A stretch of DNA of 64,000 bases from Tubiluchus corallicola (GCA_030141605.1 JAQGDQ010000117.1:62001-126000); one strand, 5' to 3'. Positions 31,176 to 53,425 are shown, counted from the first letter of the stretch. Made by a program: numbers and translations. Notes: generated by a model not told the origin, from the letters alone.

Positions 31176-33916
31176 TGCATTAAAACACGAATTCTTTTGT
31201 TTTGTTTCAATAACGGTACTGCTGCAGGAAAACCGTAAGTTGCTCTTAACTGCAAGGGAACACGTGGGTTTTCTTTTCTCGCCCCATTCTTTTTATTATT
31301 GTGCTGCTGTTTCACTTTTCATTCACTCACCTTTCACCAGCATGTACATTGTGTGCACATGGGCGTTACCTGTTGTCAACGAATTAATTACTTTATTTAC
31401 CCTCATTAACTTTTCGCTCTAATATTACGATCATCACCACTTGTGATAATTTTTTATATGACATCAGTGAAAAGAACACACGTCGACTCGTGGCATGATC
31501 GTAAAGTAATAAAAGTGAAAAAGTCATGAAATGTAGAGAGAATTGGGGTTGATCTAGAATGCGGTGAGATTATTAATTATTTGGGATGAGTCGCGTACAC
31601 GAAAAATGACCAACCCAATGCCAAATGTGTTTATGACGTACGACACATTGTTAAACTACAGTGCATGTCACTACATTCAGAATACCATGTAGTTGCGCAT
31701 TGTGCAAAATCCTAACCCTATTCTGACTGCCTTAAGTCCTAAACGCTAAAACTTCTATACGTTATACTTTGGTTTCAGTTCACGCACTTCCGGCTACGGT
31801 TCTGGCCATTTCTTGGCATTCCATCCATAACAGATTTTGAGTGCAAATTGACGTTTGACTTTAAAAAAATCCATCACACTGGCTGCTAAGCGAATTGACT
31901 CACCAAAACGATTGTCCAATTTCGCTCATAAGTTGTTAAAGTCTAGGCCCAACTCTACGCAAAGAGTTAAAATTGATCCTTTACCCTAAACCGACAACTC
32001 AAAGTTATCCAGTACCAAAGAAAATCTGTTCTATCTAACTTTATATGTAATCCCTATACATATATTTTACCACACTACTCTTTATAGCTTTTTAGTTTCA
32101 TTTGTTTTTAAACATGAACCCACAGAACCGGCTCTTCAACAATAACTTCTCTTAGTACTCAAAGTTTGGTTGCCTATCTCTTTACAATTATCAAGTTGCA
32201 AGCCGCTTGCAGTTTGTAAATCACACTGCTGCTATAAGCCTAGTTTTAAATTTTGTGATTAAACAAGTCATTACGAGGACCAAATTTACTTATAAGCTCG
32301 TGCGTGAGACAAAAAAAAACACAGACCTAAAGAAATGCATAAAGAAAACTAGAGTGATTTTAACTAATTAGATGACTCTTTTATGTTTGATTAATCTGCA
32401 AGCAGCTGGTTCATAACCAGGCTTGTATTGAAACTTTTTCACGTTTTTTGTCTTTCAACTTTGGTATCAAAATTTAATTAATTGTATGTTTGGGTCATTA
32501 ATAATAATCGTGATATTATACATTTATAATCAAGTGAACACATATAAAGTAGTGTTTAAAAGTCACATACTCGCTGTCAGGTAGTCATGTTCATTTTAGT
32601 AGCACTTTTGATCCAAAAAATGGCTGAACTCGAAATATTTTTAGGTCAGCTTTTAACAGAAAACTAAAACTGACTATTTAATTTTCTTAAGAGCTCCTGC
32701 AAATTCAACAAAACGTTTATAAAATTCAGTCGTTGCAAAACTTTTTCACAGTATTAACGTTTATAATTTGTTCAATTACTACGGTATTTAACAATAACAT
32801 CTTTTGCCTTGCATGGGGAGGACTGTTAATCATGGAATTTTAAACAAACTTCGTCATCCTTAATCGGTTTCACAGACTTTTAAAGCTCCCTGCTTACACC
32901 ACGGACAGGGACCAAAATATGTCAACCTTTTTACTTTCCCTGTGTTCTTTAATAATCTTTACTTAGTTAATTTTTCAAAATTTAATTTTATGTAAAAAAC
33001 TAAAACATTCCTCCATTTTTTCCTGGCCGTAAGGATGGTACTGGGATCGAGAAGCCTCATGAGTGGAACAGCTTATTCTAAATCCGGCTTTAGTCATTAT
33101 AGTAATGAATTTATGATTTATGGATATTACTACTACGAATTTAATAATGAACAGACAGTCGACCAGTAATTACTTATTAGGTTTCAAAAAAACAAATGAA
33201 GTGTTATAATTTTTTGGTGAAAACTTTTATTGTTTACACGCATCGGTAGTTGTTGGTTTTGCATTACGATTTAAAACAAGTAGAATGAGCTTGCTACATC
33301 AACAGTGGTATACACATTACTCCGATTTGTTTACGGGTAGGTGCACTATATATTCATGACAAATTAAGGCGAGTAAGTTTATGCTTTGTACAAGTTAGTG
33401 ATTAATCATTTACCGTGATTTGTCACCTTAGGCCTGAATTTCACAATTATAATACAAAATGATTACATTTTTATTTCACTTAATGTCTGAAAGAATATTT
33501 ACATAGCATATTAATAAATAAAAATAATAACATAAAAATGCATTTGTGAAAATAAAACAAAGTAATAACAAATGCCAATGTACTCCTTTCAAATAGAGTC
33601 ATAGTTGCACAGTAACTTCTGTACGTAGCTTGCATAATGTAGTAAATATGAGGAGAATCGGGGAATGTGACGTCATGAAATGACAAAATTTTTGAGTTTT
33701 TCTACATCTTTTAATCTTCAACATTTCGATGCAGAAAAGAAATTCCATGCTCTCCGGACTCTATAGCACGTTTATTCTTTTCGAACACTTGATTCGCAAA
33801 ACTAATAACTGAAACAATTTCGTTATTTCCCCGGCCTTTTGCGCCTGTGACACTTTGATTCTCGTTTCAACGATCATAAAGAACCGGTTGTCAAAGAAGC
33901 AAATTGTTTCTAAAAT

Positions 33917-41803
<7,887 letters not shown>

Positions 41804-41999
41804 TGTTATTATAATGAAATACTAATTGAAACAAGAACTTCCTTTCCAGCAAACATTCTCTGTATAAATATTTTGGCTTTCGTAAAAAAATTTACGTTCA
41901 CAAATATATTACAAATTCACTTTCTGCCAGTTAGAAGTCCAACTCCTACTGCACTAGTAACTTAATTGCCACGAGTCGACTGTAAAAGTTCAATTGAGA

Positions 42000-42155
42000 A
42001 ATGACCACTAGACACGTGCGTCATCACTGCCCATTGCTGGAGGACTAAATTACTTGTGGAAATTAGCCGAGTGCTGCAGCCATGGAAGTGTTGATTTCTG
42101 ATTGGCTCAGCGGCGCTCAGCAATCGAACATCCGCCGCACGTGATTGGCTAAGTG
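42000..42155 (-). promoter_or_regulatory. Emx proximal promoter: tandem CCAAT (NF-Y) boxes, E-boxes and a CRE-like half site
   Basis: ATTGG at 42101-42105 and 42144-42148 read AGCCAATCAG and AGCCAATCAC on the minus strand. CACGTG occurs at 42013 and 42138, and TGCGTCA at 42017. The patch is CpG-rich and lies 200-350 bp upstream of the Emx ATG. Confidence 0.6.
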
Positions 42156-42339
42156 AGGCCACAAACTAAATCGCCTTGTATTATCACTTTGCGCAAATAA
42201 TGTGCTTAACGCTTTGCAAATCCTCGGTTAGAAAAATAAACGCGGGTACAGATATTCTTTGCTCAGGTATTCTGAAACTGTAGTGGAATTTGTCGGTTTA
42301 AATCTTTGAAAATCTTCCGCAAGACACAGCAGCCTGTGT

Positions 42340-42380
42340 AACATACTCATTTTCACACAGCCTGTGAAAATGAGTATGTT
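42340..42380. repeat. Perfect 18-bp inverted repeat with a 5-nt loop
   Basis: AACATACTCATTTTCACA-CAGCC-TGTGAAAATGAGTATGTT. Confidence 0.95.
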
Positions 42381-44029
42381 GTAAACTGTTTTTGCAAGAA
42401 TCGGACAATTAACAACTGTCGAAGTAGAGTTTCTTATTTCATTATGAAGGCCGTGCTATAGTTTTTAACGGATTAAAAAAAACGTGTTTTTCTTTGTATT
42501 TCTTCGTCACAGCCGCCATCTTAATGCACCCATGCACGCTTAACGCTAAAACTCACAACAAACACAATTTTGTGGCTGATTTAACATCATTTTAGATTAT
42601 CTCTTCACTGACACCAGACTGAAACGAACCGCGCACAGTGCAAATAATAAGCGCTCTGCGAGTTTCAAACTATATATGTGCCTACTTACTTTTCAGCCTT
42701 TTCTTTCTTGCAGTTACTAGTACATGTAATATATATTACGTAATATTACTATACAAGCTTTATAAAACAAGATTTAAGTTTTTTTTATTAATAATCGAAG
42801 TGCATAATAATTCTTGTTTATTTTTAAGTTTTTAACGGGCACTGTTTGCTCATTTACATTTCACTGTTATCTCAGGTATTCTCAGGCAAACTTACCTGAC
42901 CTGAAATTTAAGCAAACATATCCTTGTTGTGGCCTCTGATATTGATTTTCATTCACATTTTGCAGGCTTAATTAGCATTTTCTTTTAAATTAATTCTTAA
43001 GCCAACGCTTTTGTTTTGAAATTAATCGACAGTTTCATTATTGTGTTTTTTCTGTAGCGTTCGCAATAAGCTACTGATTGGTGTCGTATCCATCTAAATT
43101 TAAAATAACTTTTGCATATTTTTGTATGTATGAGTGTATGTATATATACAACAGAGTGATAATAATAATTAATATTAGTTTTGTGTATTAAGAACTAGCT
43201 AAAATTGCTAAACCCAAATATTTTTTGTTCTGATTATAAATTTTCCGCTTCCTGGTGACCAAAGGTGATAAAAGAAAACGTAATTTTCGTTGTGATAAAT
43301 TGCTGATAATTAACCGCGAGGATCCATACAGAAAAAGTAATTACATACTTCACAGGGGACATAAATTTAGTTACACACACCAACAAGCATTTTAGATTAT
43401 TATAATTACCGGCTTGCTGTTTGACTTATTAACAGTTTATCTACAAAAGAACGATAAAACTTTCACCTGCCAGCACAGACCGTAGCTTTGTAAACCGGCA
43501 CAGTAATAAATGACAAATCATTTTCTTTATAAAAATGTGGGCTATTCCGAGATACAAGAAATGGGTGGGTGGAGTAGAGCCACGAGGCAAAAATGTAGAT
43601 AGAAGCTGATGAACGATAAGAAGTCGGAATGTTTAGAAACTTTTGGCTTTAGGGAACGCCGCTGTATAATAGAAAATGTTGGCTTTTAGAAGAGGCGGTC
43701 TAAACTCATCTAAAATGACTCATTAATTACAGTAATCGTTTCAGTAGCAGCAATTTTAGTTACAGTATTAAGAAATACAAAGCGCATGCATAATTAAAAA
43801 ATTCTAATCTATTTAAAAATTTAGTTAAAAATTTCTACTCTGTTTAAAGAGTTTTTGCGACTCATATTTATCAAGTGTCTCAAATTTCTAATCCATTTTT
43901 TGCGTTTCTTGTGCTTCATGTTAATCAAATAACGCAAATTTATAATCTATTTTAAACATTTTTTGCTCAGGGTAATATCGTAAGACTTGCGTAATATGTG
44001 TTACACAGTACAATGTTTTCTTCAAGTTT

Positions 44030-44261
44030 TTATCATCACAAACATCGCCACTGCTATAATAATTATCATTATTACATCATCATCGATGTTATTATCATTG
44101 TCGTTATCATCATTATCACCACAATCATGATCGCCCCATTGTCTCTTCGTTATCATCGGCTCCGTGATCGTTTCATTATCGCCAATACCACATCATCATA
44201 TTGTCATTTCAACATAAATTATATATAATTATCGCCATCAAAATACGGTATGGTCACTGTG

Positions 44262-44292
<31 letters not shown>

Positions 44293-44332
44293 CATCGTCG
44301 TCGTCGTCGTCGTCACCATCATCATCATTACC

Positions 44333-44382
<50 letters not shown>

Positions 44383-44490
44383 TACCACCACCACCACCAT
44401 CATGGTCGTCGTCAGCGTCGTCGTCATCATCATCATCGCCATCATTAACATCATCTTCATCGTTATTATCATCATCGTCATAATTATTAT
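44030..44490. repeat. Compound (ATC/GTC/ACC)n trinucleotide microsatellite
   Basis: Adjacent ATC, GTC and ACC runs that generate spurious poly-D/S/I/M ORFs. Confidence 0.95.
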
Positions 44491-47400
44491 ACCTGGATCT
44501 GCTCATTCCCACACATATTCGCTCCATTGCACTTCAATCTGTTCTACCCTGATTTAATTTTGTACAGGCCCTAAATCTTTACTATAGTGTTATGACGTCG
44601 GTATGAGCGATCAGATCACGATAAGTTCTGGTAGACTGTACCCTGGGGAACTATCTTTTTATGAAGCACTTTTGACGTAACTTCAAAATTTACGCGAAAA
44701 CTTCAACAGGCAACTTCGCCATTTCTTCGTGAAATTGAATGCGGCTTGCAATGTTGACATCTACACAATGTGTGCTAAAAGGGCCTAACGGAGCCCGAAA
44801 TTCGATTTCCCCGTGGAAGGCTAGGATTGGTAACGGCATGTGCATTACCTAGAAGGGCAGTTGTTGTTATAAGTTCAAAAATAAATTTATTAAGAATTTG
44901 CTATAGTTTGTAAAACGTAAACAACATTAGCAGAGTGTTTAAATAAAGCAACTCTCAAAACTCATTCAACTTACAACTTGTTCGACACAATTTCAAAATG
45001 CCAGGATTTCAAAATATTATGAATGTGTATGAGTTGATTGTTTACTATATATCTAGAGTTCTAGCATGTTGAAGTGAATAGCAAAACGTTAATGTAATAA
45101 TAAACAATGTTTAACTACGTATGTTTGTAATTAGGAAAGGTCGCGTGATTATTATTTTGCCTGTAAAAAGTTGGAAAAGGAAAGCGAAGCTGGCTGAAAA
45201 CTTACTGTAGATGATGCAATTACAGAATAAAACGCTCTGTTTTAACAATTGTTATGCCTTTAAAATTAATTGTATATTTTCTTTTGTTAATTTCATGCAA
45301 AAAGTAACATTTCAAATTAAAGTAAAAATTTACTTTACAACAACTGTTTAACTGCTATACGTTATTGTGATTTGTCTCTTACTTGCAAGTTATTGCTGCT
45401 TGAGCCAAATTGCCAATAGCCCTCTCGTGTAGCGGTCAAACAAACTTGGAGAAGACATTTGCAGTACCTCCGCAGACCGGAAGTGCGTCACGCGGAATGT
45501 GCGACGTCAATCTTCGGACATTAAATTCGACTTTAAAACTCGCTTAAAGTACAGGTAAGGCCAACTATCAGTCTGAAGCAGATAATTATCTTCAGTTTGG
45601 GAGTGTCGATGCAGATGTACTGACACCGATGGTGTCTCGTTAAACACGTCACTAACAAAGAGCGTAGCTTTAGCAGTTCCAATATTTAGTTTGACAAACG
45701 CCGCCGCGGGCTTTCAAATTGTTGCAAACTACTAATAATGGTTACATCTTCCAAGTTGAAGCGGCGGACCTATTACAGAGAGTGTTCCCAACTTTAATAT
45801 ACGTGCCATTTTGTTTTGCAAATCATTTTTTTTGCAAAATTTTACAACAATGTTGGCAAATTCAACACGAAAGGTTGCTGTGTGTTGTTTTACCGCAGCA
45901 TGGAGTTTGTCAAACTAGCATTATGATATCAACAAAAATTTTAAGCCGAAGAGTAGACGATTGTTTAGCACCAACATTAGTGAAATACCATGTTGAATGA
46001 TGACTCAAAATTGAATAGTAGTAGTTAAAGACAAAAACGTCATTTTTAAGAGTAAAGTTGCTATAATAAGCAAGTGACCTGAAGCAATTACCGTTAGCAG
46101 ATGGTCATTACTGTTATTATTATAAAATATTTGATTTCTTCAAATTGACAAATTGTTAAATCTGCTCACGCAATTTGTTCAACAAAAACATTAAATTAGA
46201 TTTGTCATTAGGTTATTGTTGATAGATTGTCGGCTTATTGTATTTGTTGTACAATTACGTCACTGTTGAAGTTATTGTTGTATAAAACTGTTGTTGCATC
46301 ATTTGTATTTTGCCACACATTCCTCGTCAATGAACAATTATTAACTTTTCTAAGCAAGCTTTTATAATTCAACTTTGCAAACGAAAATTCCCGAAGTTTA
46401 ACGAAAAACGTAGTTTAGTAATTTTTCATATTTCTCTTAATCCTTTTTCAAGGAGAACCTAAAGTGTATTTATATTATGTCGAACGAATGGCATGTCGTA
46501 AGAATGAAAAATTAGAAATTCGCAGTATAATAGTGCGATTTTTTTGTTTTTAGTGCAAGTTCATTATGTATTGGGCTCCACGGTTTATTCTTTAGCTTTT
46601 GAACGAATCTATTGAGTTGCGTCACAAACAGTGTAGCAGGGTTTATCAAAGCTGGAACTATAGTTAGATTAAATGCAGCAGATTTTTTAAACACCCTGAA
46701 ATTACTTAAAATAGATCTCAGCACTTTCAATGACAGTACGAACTTCTCAGTTCTGAATTTTCTTGATTACAGAAAAAGTTCGTAGCCTGAAAAACGCTTT
46801 TTTGAGTTGTAATAAAATTATGTAGTCGCCATCTAAGTCAGACATATCAAAATTTAATGATATTTGAAAATAAATGTTGAATTTTAAAAAGGAGGGTAAC
46901 ACTAGCGCTATAGTTGAATTGAGTACTTTCTTTTGTAGTTTCATTAGAGATTTGGTGGAGCTGCTTTGCACTCAAAATTTTACTTCTTTTGTAATTACCC
47001 AAATGTAAGTTTTTAAGATTTAAACGTCGAATAACTTCAGTTTTTTGTTGATAAAGCGGGAGATCACAGAAATAAATCACAGCCATCTAATGTATGTAGA
47101 TGATTATGCGCGCCCATGTAAAGGCTAACTCAAACTGTATTTACTAACAGCGTTCGTTGTATCGGTGCTGTTGTCACATGGCACGCGTCAACACCTGTCC
47201 AAATCTCCGTATCCGCGGTCTCACCTTTAAATTGTCAGTGATTTCCTGTTGCTTTTAGCCATAATGTCTTCACATTAATGCTCATTGTGTGACCAGAGAC
47301 ATCCTGTTGTCCAAGTAAAAGAAACGCAAGGACAAGTGCCGCATGTTGTCATTACATTATGGGTTAAAATTTAATGCACAATCATGTAAATATAGAAGTG

Positions 47401-50400
47401 GTTAACGCTCTGAATGTTAAGTCGCCAAATCGGGTAAAGAAACGTCACACGTTCCTGCAGAATGCATTGCAGCAGTTTCCGGTATGTTTTTTCATATGCT
47501 TATTATAATATAGGCATGATACGCAAAGAGAGAATTATAAGAAAGTACGAAGATTTTTGTTTGTTAAGCGCATAACGTAAACAAATGTTATTACAATAAG
47601 ACACGTTATTCTTCACGAGGAATCTTTGACGGCTTTGTGAATTTAAAATCGTTCCTCCAACTTTAGATTCGCTGCATATTTCCTGTTATGATCTATCATA
47701 CACGAAAATCATTTCTTAGCGTGATTTTAATCCTTTTAAGTTAGTACATAAACAGCAAAGTGTGCAGATTTGGTGATAAGTCACATTATGCATAATTTGA
47801 ATGTGGCTATTTTTGCATAATTAACTTTTATCATTAATAATAATTGATCAATTAATAAATTCCTGTCGCTCATCTTTGTTGCTTGGTTTGGCATTTACCT
47901 TGACGGAATCAAGTACTGCATGATTTTGTTGGCAGTATTTCATTCCGATGATTCTAATGAAAACTGCCAAAGAACGAAAACAGTGGCTCTGTTCTTCTGA
48001 AGTTGTATAACATCCTCTGCTTGACTGACATTAATGCTAAGTCAACAGGATTCAAGCAATTTGCTAATAAAGCTCTACCTTGCTCTGTTTACAAGCATGT
48101 ACCTATCGTTTGTTCCAATTAACCTGTACATCTCGCGCGCATTATTATGCCCGTCCATCCAGTGTGGGCAAGAAGAGTAATTTTCAAGTGAACAGCGACC
48201 ATACACCTGGCCAAACACACCCAATAGCGGCATATTGTTATTCTGAACAGAGTTATCCTATTTAAGCTGGGCCTATTTTAACGAGATGCCTATTACAGGG
48301 TAAATACTGAAACTGTCGGGTTCCTCAAACCACTAAGTTGCCGCTTTAATTCAAACGTCACGTATAATGTTAGAGTGAAGAGGATCAGTATTGTGTTAGG
48401 GAATACCACACTCTGTTAAATCTACACTTTGCTTTCTTCTTTTCGGCAAATTCGATCAAGTTTGAATTGAATTCATCAGGTACAAAATCGCGTGAATGAG
48501 GACAAAAACGAGGGGAGAGTCTTGCCGCGGTTTAGAGGCTTAACTTGTTTTGTTATGCTTGTAAATGATTTAAGGGGAATTAGTTTTATGTAAAGTTTAA
48601 CCTCGTGGTCGGCTTGCCTAAGAGTAGGCTTAGTAACGAGATTAAGAAAGATAAAGTTAAATAGTTTTCACAGTAAACACGAGAAGTGGCAATCAGGTAT
48701 TGTCCTATAGCTATTACGTTTGATAGTATTTCAGTAACAGTTATATTTATTACTGTGATGTAACCATTTCTGTTTCTTGAGAAATAGTAACTCTAAATAG
48801 TTCAGTCACAAATAATTTTAGGTCACGCTCTTGTACTGGAATTGAGTTGCACGCATTTTTGGTTCGGTTAGTTGTCAAGTGAAAAGCATAATCGTGATGT
48901 GAAACATTTGATCTCTTATCTTAAAAACTTGATTTCTTAACTATCTTTTGTCTTATTTTGTGACATGACGATTGCCATTAAGCGTTTGTATATAAAAATA
49001 TATGCATCTTTGTATATTTGCCCTTTTAAGCAAACATCTACAGTAATTATAGTCAAGTAGTTGTCCTGAATTTATATTTCAAAATGAGTGGTCGTTCCTA
49101 AAAATATTGGGAGATTTAAACAAAGCTAATCCTATTAAGCGAAACCATCAGACCTGCATACGTTGCAGCTCATGGTCTAGTACAAAGGCGGGAAGCATTG
49201 TTTCGGAGATTGCTCGCTCTGTTAAGAACTTGTGTCAAGAAATATAGGTAAACATTTGGGATGTTGAGGGAGGTTAAATCGGTAAGAAAAATGCAGCTGT
49301 AACTAGAAAGTTCAAGAATTTATAGGGACAAAAATGTGACGAGGTAAGATAAGGAATGGCTTGTTATTAAATTAAAAATAAAAAAGCTTAAAATTTTGTT
49401 GATACAATCGATGTAAACTATGTCACATTTTGCTTCAAACTCCCTATTTTATCAACAACCCAAAACTTTCATACTCCTGAAGTTAACAAACCATTGAACT
49501 GAACCCATTTATTGTCATTAGTAAACAGTCCAGACGTGATTATCCGAAAACAGTCTATTATCATTCTTTAACCAACAGAGTAAATTTATTATCTTGTCTG
49601 AGAGATCTCAACTAAAATCGCTCGACAAACAGAGCGGGCGCTAAACTTGTTTTTGAGGTTTGTTTTGAAAAGGACCATCATTTAGTTAGCTAAATAAATA
49701 AAAGCAGCGCACATGCAATTTCCCTCATTGTGTGCGTTGCATGCGTTTTCGCCCTGCCTGCAACTTTTCCTACTTTTTGAAATCACTTAGAACAAAAAGC
49801 TCCCCCTGGGGGCAAAATCCACAAACGATTCTCACGCTTGGCACTCGTGGTAAAGCTACTAAAAAGCCATTAAACGACAAGAAAAATGGAAGTTTAAATT
49901 CTGCAGACGTTTTGCAGGGAACCAGAAGGCTAAATAACTGACTAATTGCAACGTGTGAAGCGCGAAAATTGAAAAGTCTAATTTAATAAGCTCGTTGCTT
50001 ACATGACATACCTTTGGGAGGTCTGACATGTGAGGCAAGTCTATATTAATTTACACGTTTCTTCGAAGAAAGCAAACATAACCTCTTAAAACGATAAAAA
50101 ATGATCATGTTCATTACATAAGTAAAATAAAGATTCCATTAACAATTCTCGATGAGTTGTGATTTGAGAGTGTGCTTAGCCGAATTTACAGCAGATGTTT
50201 ATAAAATAGGTCGCACCAAGTGGAAGAATTTCAACCAGAAAGGGCGGGTTTCTTTTAGCTGAGAAAGTGGCTCTAACTGTCTTTTTTAAAGAGAATGGGA
50301 GCGACATTAAATTCTCGCTTTTCTACAAAATTGTGTATTCACTCACAAAAATAGTTATTTTGACAAGATGAAGTACGAGATTACTTGATAGACCTACCCA

Positions 50401-51904
50401 GACCTGTTTCTCAGTTCTTTGGTCAGCCCTCTCCTCAAAGTGATTTTCCACCTCTCCTCTCCCCCCCTCTCACTAGAAGAATTGTTCTTCCGAGATCCTG
50501 AGGTCCTTCACTAGCACTAAGTGCTCTACAAGTCACCAGTTAACAAGGTAGTTTATTTTACCAGCTCATTAAACAGCAAGGGAACTATTTAGAGAGCCTG
50601 CGATTTGGAATGTTCCCATGGCTTTTATTTCAGCGCGGTTCGGTTTTCTCTTCATCACATTTTCTTAAAATATTCCAGCCTTTATCAATTCAATGCATGG
50701 ATTACAACACGAGAGCAAACTTGAAACTATTGTGTTGCTGAATTGCTACAATTCCATCTATTGGCCGCCGCGCATTTCTGGCCATCCTTCCACAAACGTT
50801 TGTACACAGATTTTCCACGTCTTTTGTGCAAATGAATCCAAATGTTGTTGTTCAATCATTGTGGGCAGGCCTGCATGCAATTGAACAGGTTCAATGGGAT
50901 GAACAATGGGAAGACATCGGGTAAACAGGCTAAACGTTGTTATATGCAGTCAGCAATATGGTGGATAATCTGAACTGTGAGTTTGCGAGCACGATGGGAG
51001 GTAGTTCCCACGGCATGAGCATAAGATGCGCTGATGGTAGCTACCTTCTCTTTTGCCCGGTTACAGATACGATAAATATATACATATATATACTAATACC
51101 TGAGAGAATTTTAGTTACCCTTAGTAGAGCATAAATTAATCCTAACAGCGAAAATTAAGATTAAAATAGAGTAAGAAAGGCTTTTAATGCACCAACGCAG
51201 GAATGAATACATTTGCGAATGACAGACGAACAGAAAAAAGTAACAAACAAAAAGAAAGAAAGAAGAAACGAGCAAACGAATATGAATAAGTACATGAGCG
51301 AAAAACGTAGCTTAACATACGAACGAATGAATAAACAAACAAACAAACAAACAGACAGACAGATAAACAAGCAGGGCTAAAAATGAATGAATGTTAAGAG
51401 CAGTCTTTCAAGTACCAAATAAAGCAAGTACGTGTACTGGTTAATAGGAGCTGCTCACAGCATAATGATTAAAAATAAAGAGATCGTCGTTTGAATATTA
51501 TTCAGTGAAAAAACGAAACAATTTGAGGTTATGAAAATGCTGTTCAACATTTGTGACACAGGAAAGAGCTTGACCTAATTGTTATGTCGTACGTTTATAG
51601 TGTGTTTTCAAGGAAACGCAATTTTTTCTCTGATCAGTCCGGGGGAGGTCTAGTGGCTAGACGCAAGATGGATGAAAAAAGTTGAAGTGGGCAGAAGGCA
51701 GGTGCAAACGTAATGAATGACAAAATAATTGTCAAAACACAACAGCTTGATAAAGGGCATCACGCTTTTGCAATGTACTTTAATGTATATGTCAACAGAA
51801 AGTATTGAGGGGAGTAAGGATTTGTTTGGATAGCATTCTATAAGGAGGCCAAAATTTAGTTGACCAGTTATAAAGATGAGCTTTGTAGTGCTTTGATTGT
51901 TGGG

Positions 51905-51979
51905 AATACGGTGACCTAGTAGTCTGAGGCGTCTACAACGCAAGCAGAAGGTTCATGTTTCAAATCCAGGCTGTATCCA
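51905..51979 (+). pseudogene. Degenerate tRNA-like sequence (tRNA pseudogene or SINE head)
   Basis: Cloverleaf remnant: acceptor AATACGG/CTGTATC, A-box TGACCTAGTAG, anticodon stem TCTAC/GCAGA with a 7-nt loop, B-box TGTTTCAAATCC, then a T-run at 51982. Several stem mismatches argue against a functional tRNA. Confidence 0.6.
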
Positions 51980-53267
51980 AATTTTTTACATTTCCTGTCT
52001 TTCAAACCTGGTATCAAAATTTAATTAAATGTGGGTTTCTACCATCATCGATAGAGCTAGCTGTGACACCTGCATCAGATCTATATTTTGCGATTGGTTC
52101 AATATCCATGTACCAGTACCATTATTTAAAACTACTAAATCAATTTTGTATCTCATAATCATGACTGTTACTGTTTACTTAGTAGCGATAGTCGTGCATA
52201 AGTTTCATTCTTTACTAGACCTGGCCTACCCTCCAGCCTGCTTATTTTTGTTTAAAAAACACAACCACAATTACGGTATATAGCACAAAAATAGTTTACA
52301 CAGTTTGACCGACATGTCCGACATGTGTTAGGACACTGCAACATGCTGAGAGCCGTTAATTTTGTTGAAAGCTTCGAGACTTTAGAAGACTACGATTCGT
52401 TAGTCGTCTACCAAAGGCAAGAACATTATATAAATGTTTGAATGTCAAATTTTGGGAAAAACATGTAGATATTTGCAAATGCCATGATTTAAGATGCTAT
52501 GGTTTAAAAATATTTTGAGGTCAATTTAATCTTCTGAATTTTAAACTGCCTCGGTGCAATAATATATTTTGAAATATCCCGCACCCTTCACTTCCACCTC
52601 CAACATGGCGTTTCTTTTGAGTGTCTCTTATAGGCTTCGTCCTGAGGTCTGAAAAGACATCAAGCACTGACCTTTCCATAAATTACTTTCTCGCGGAGGA
52701 TTTACCAAAGTGAGGCCCTAATTGTCACACTATTAAGCAGTTTATCATTAGCGCCAAACAGTTATAAGCTGTTTGGGATACACCGTGCCCTATTAGTCCC
52801 GGTTAATCCAGTTATAAATCTAACTTCCTGCGTGTTACGTACATACCTTTGTATCAGTTTAATGCATTTGTTGTATGTATGATTCCCGAGGAACAGTACT
52901 CAGTCTACTGTACTCAGGTAATTGTTTCTGAAAACTGTAATATAATAAAATTCTCTGTACAACATCTGAGTTTACAAGCGAAAACATGCCCCTTTGTGAG
53001 CCGGTATATAGAAAAAAAATTGTACTGAGTCTATGTACTTTACTCACGAATTTTACATTCTCATAACATTCAAGCATAGAATAAACCTGAGTGAATACTG
53101 TCGATAGCCAAAATGATTACTTTTTACCTTTGCCTTGTTTTGCGCAATAATCCGTTTTGGCATAAGAGAGCCCTTGTGAATCACTCACTTACTTGGCTGT
53201 TCGTTTACCAGTCCTTTTGCACGTTTTTTTCAACTATTTATTTATATTCACTCATGTAGTCACTTGT

Positions 53268-53425
53268 TCATTCGTTCACACATTCATTCATTCATTCATT
53301 CATTCATTCATTCATTCATTCATTCATTCATTCATTCATTCATTCATTCATTCATTCATTCATTCATTCATTCATTCATTCATTCATTCATTCATTCACT
53401 CACTCATTTATTCATTCATTCATTT
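53268..53425. repeat. (CATT)n tetranucleotide microsatellite
   Basis: A long perfect core with degenerate flanks. Confidence 0.97.

Noticed and set aside
44201-44557. ORFs with poly-D, poly-S, poly-I or poly-M
   Set aside because: They are translations of a compound trinucleotide microsatellite that is open in several frames on both strands.
46512-47086. Three neighbouring minus-strand ORFs as a frameshifted gene
   Set aside because: There is no recognisable domain or splice structure. It is possibly decayed repeat DNA.
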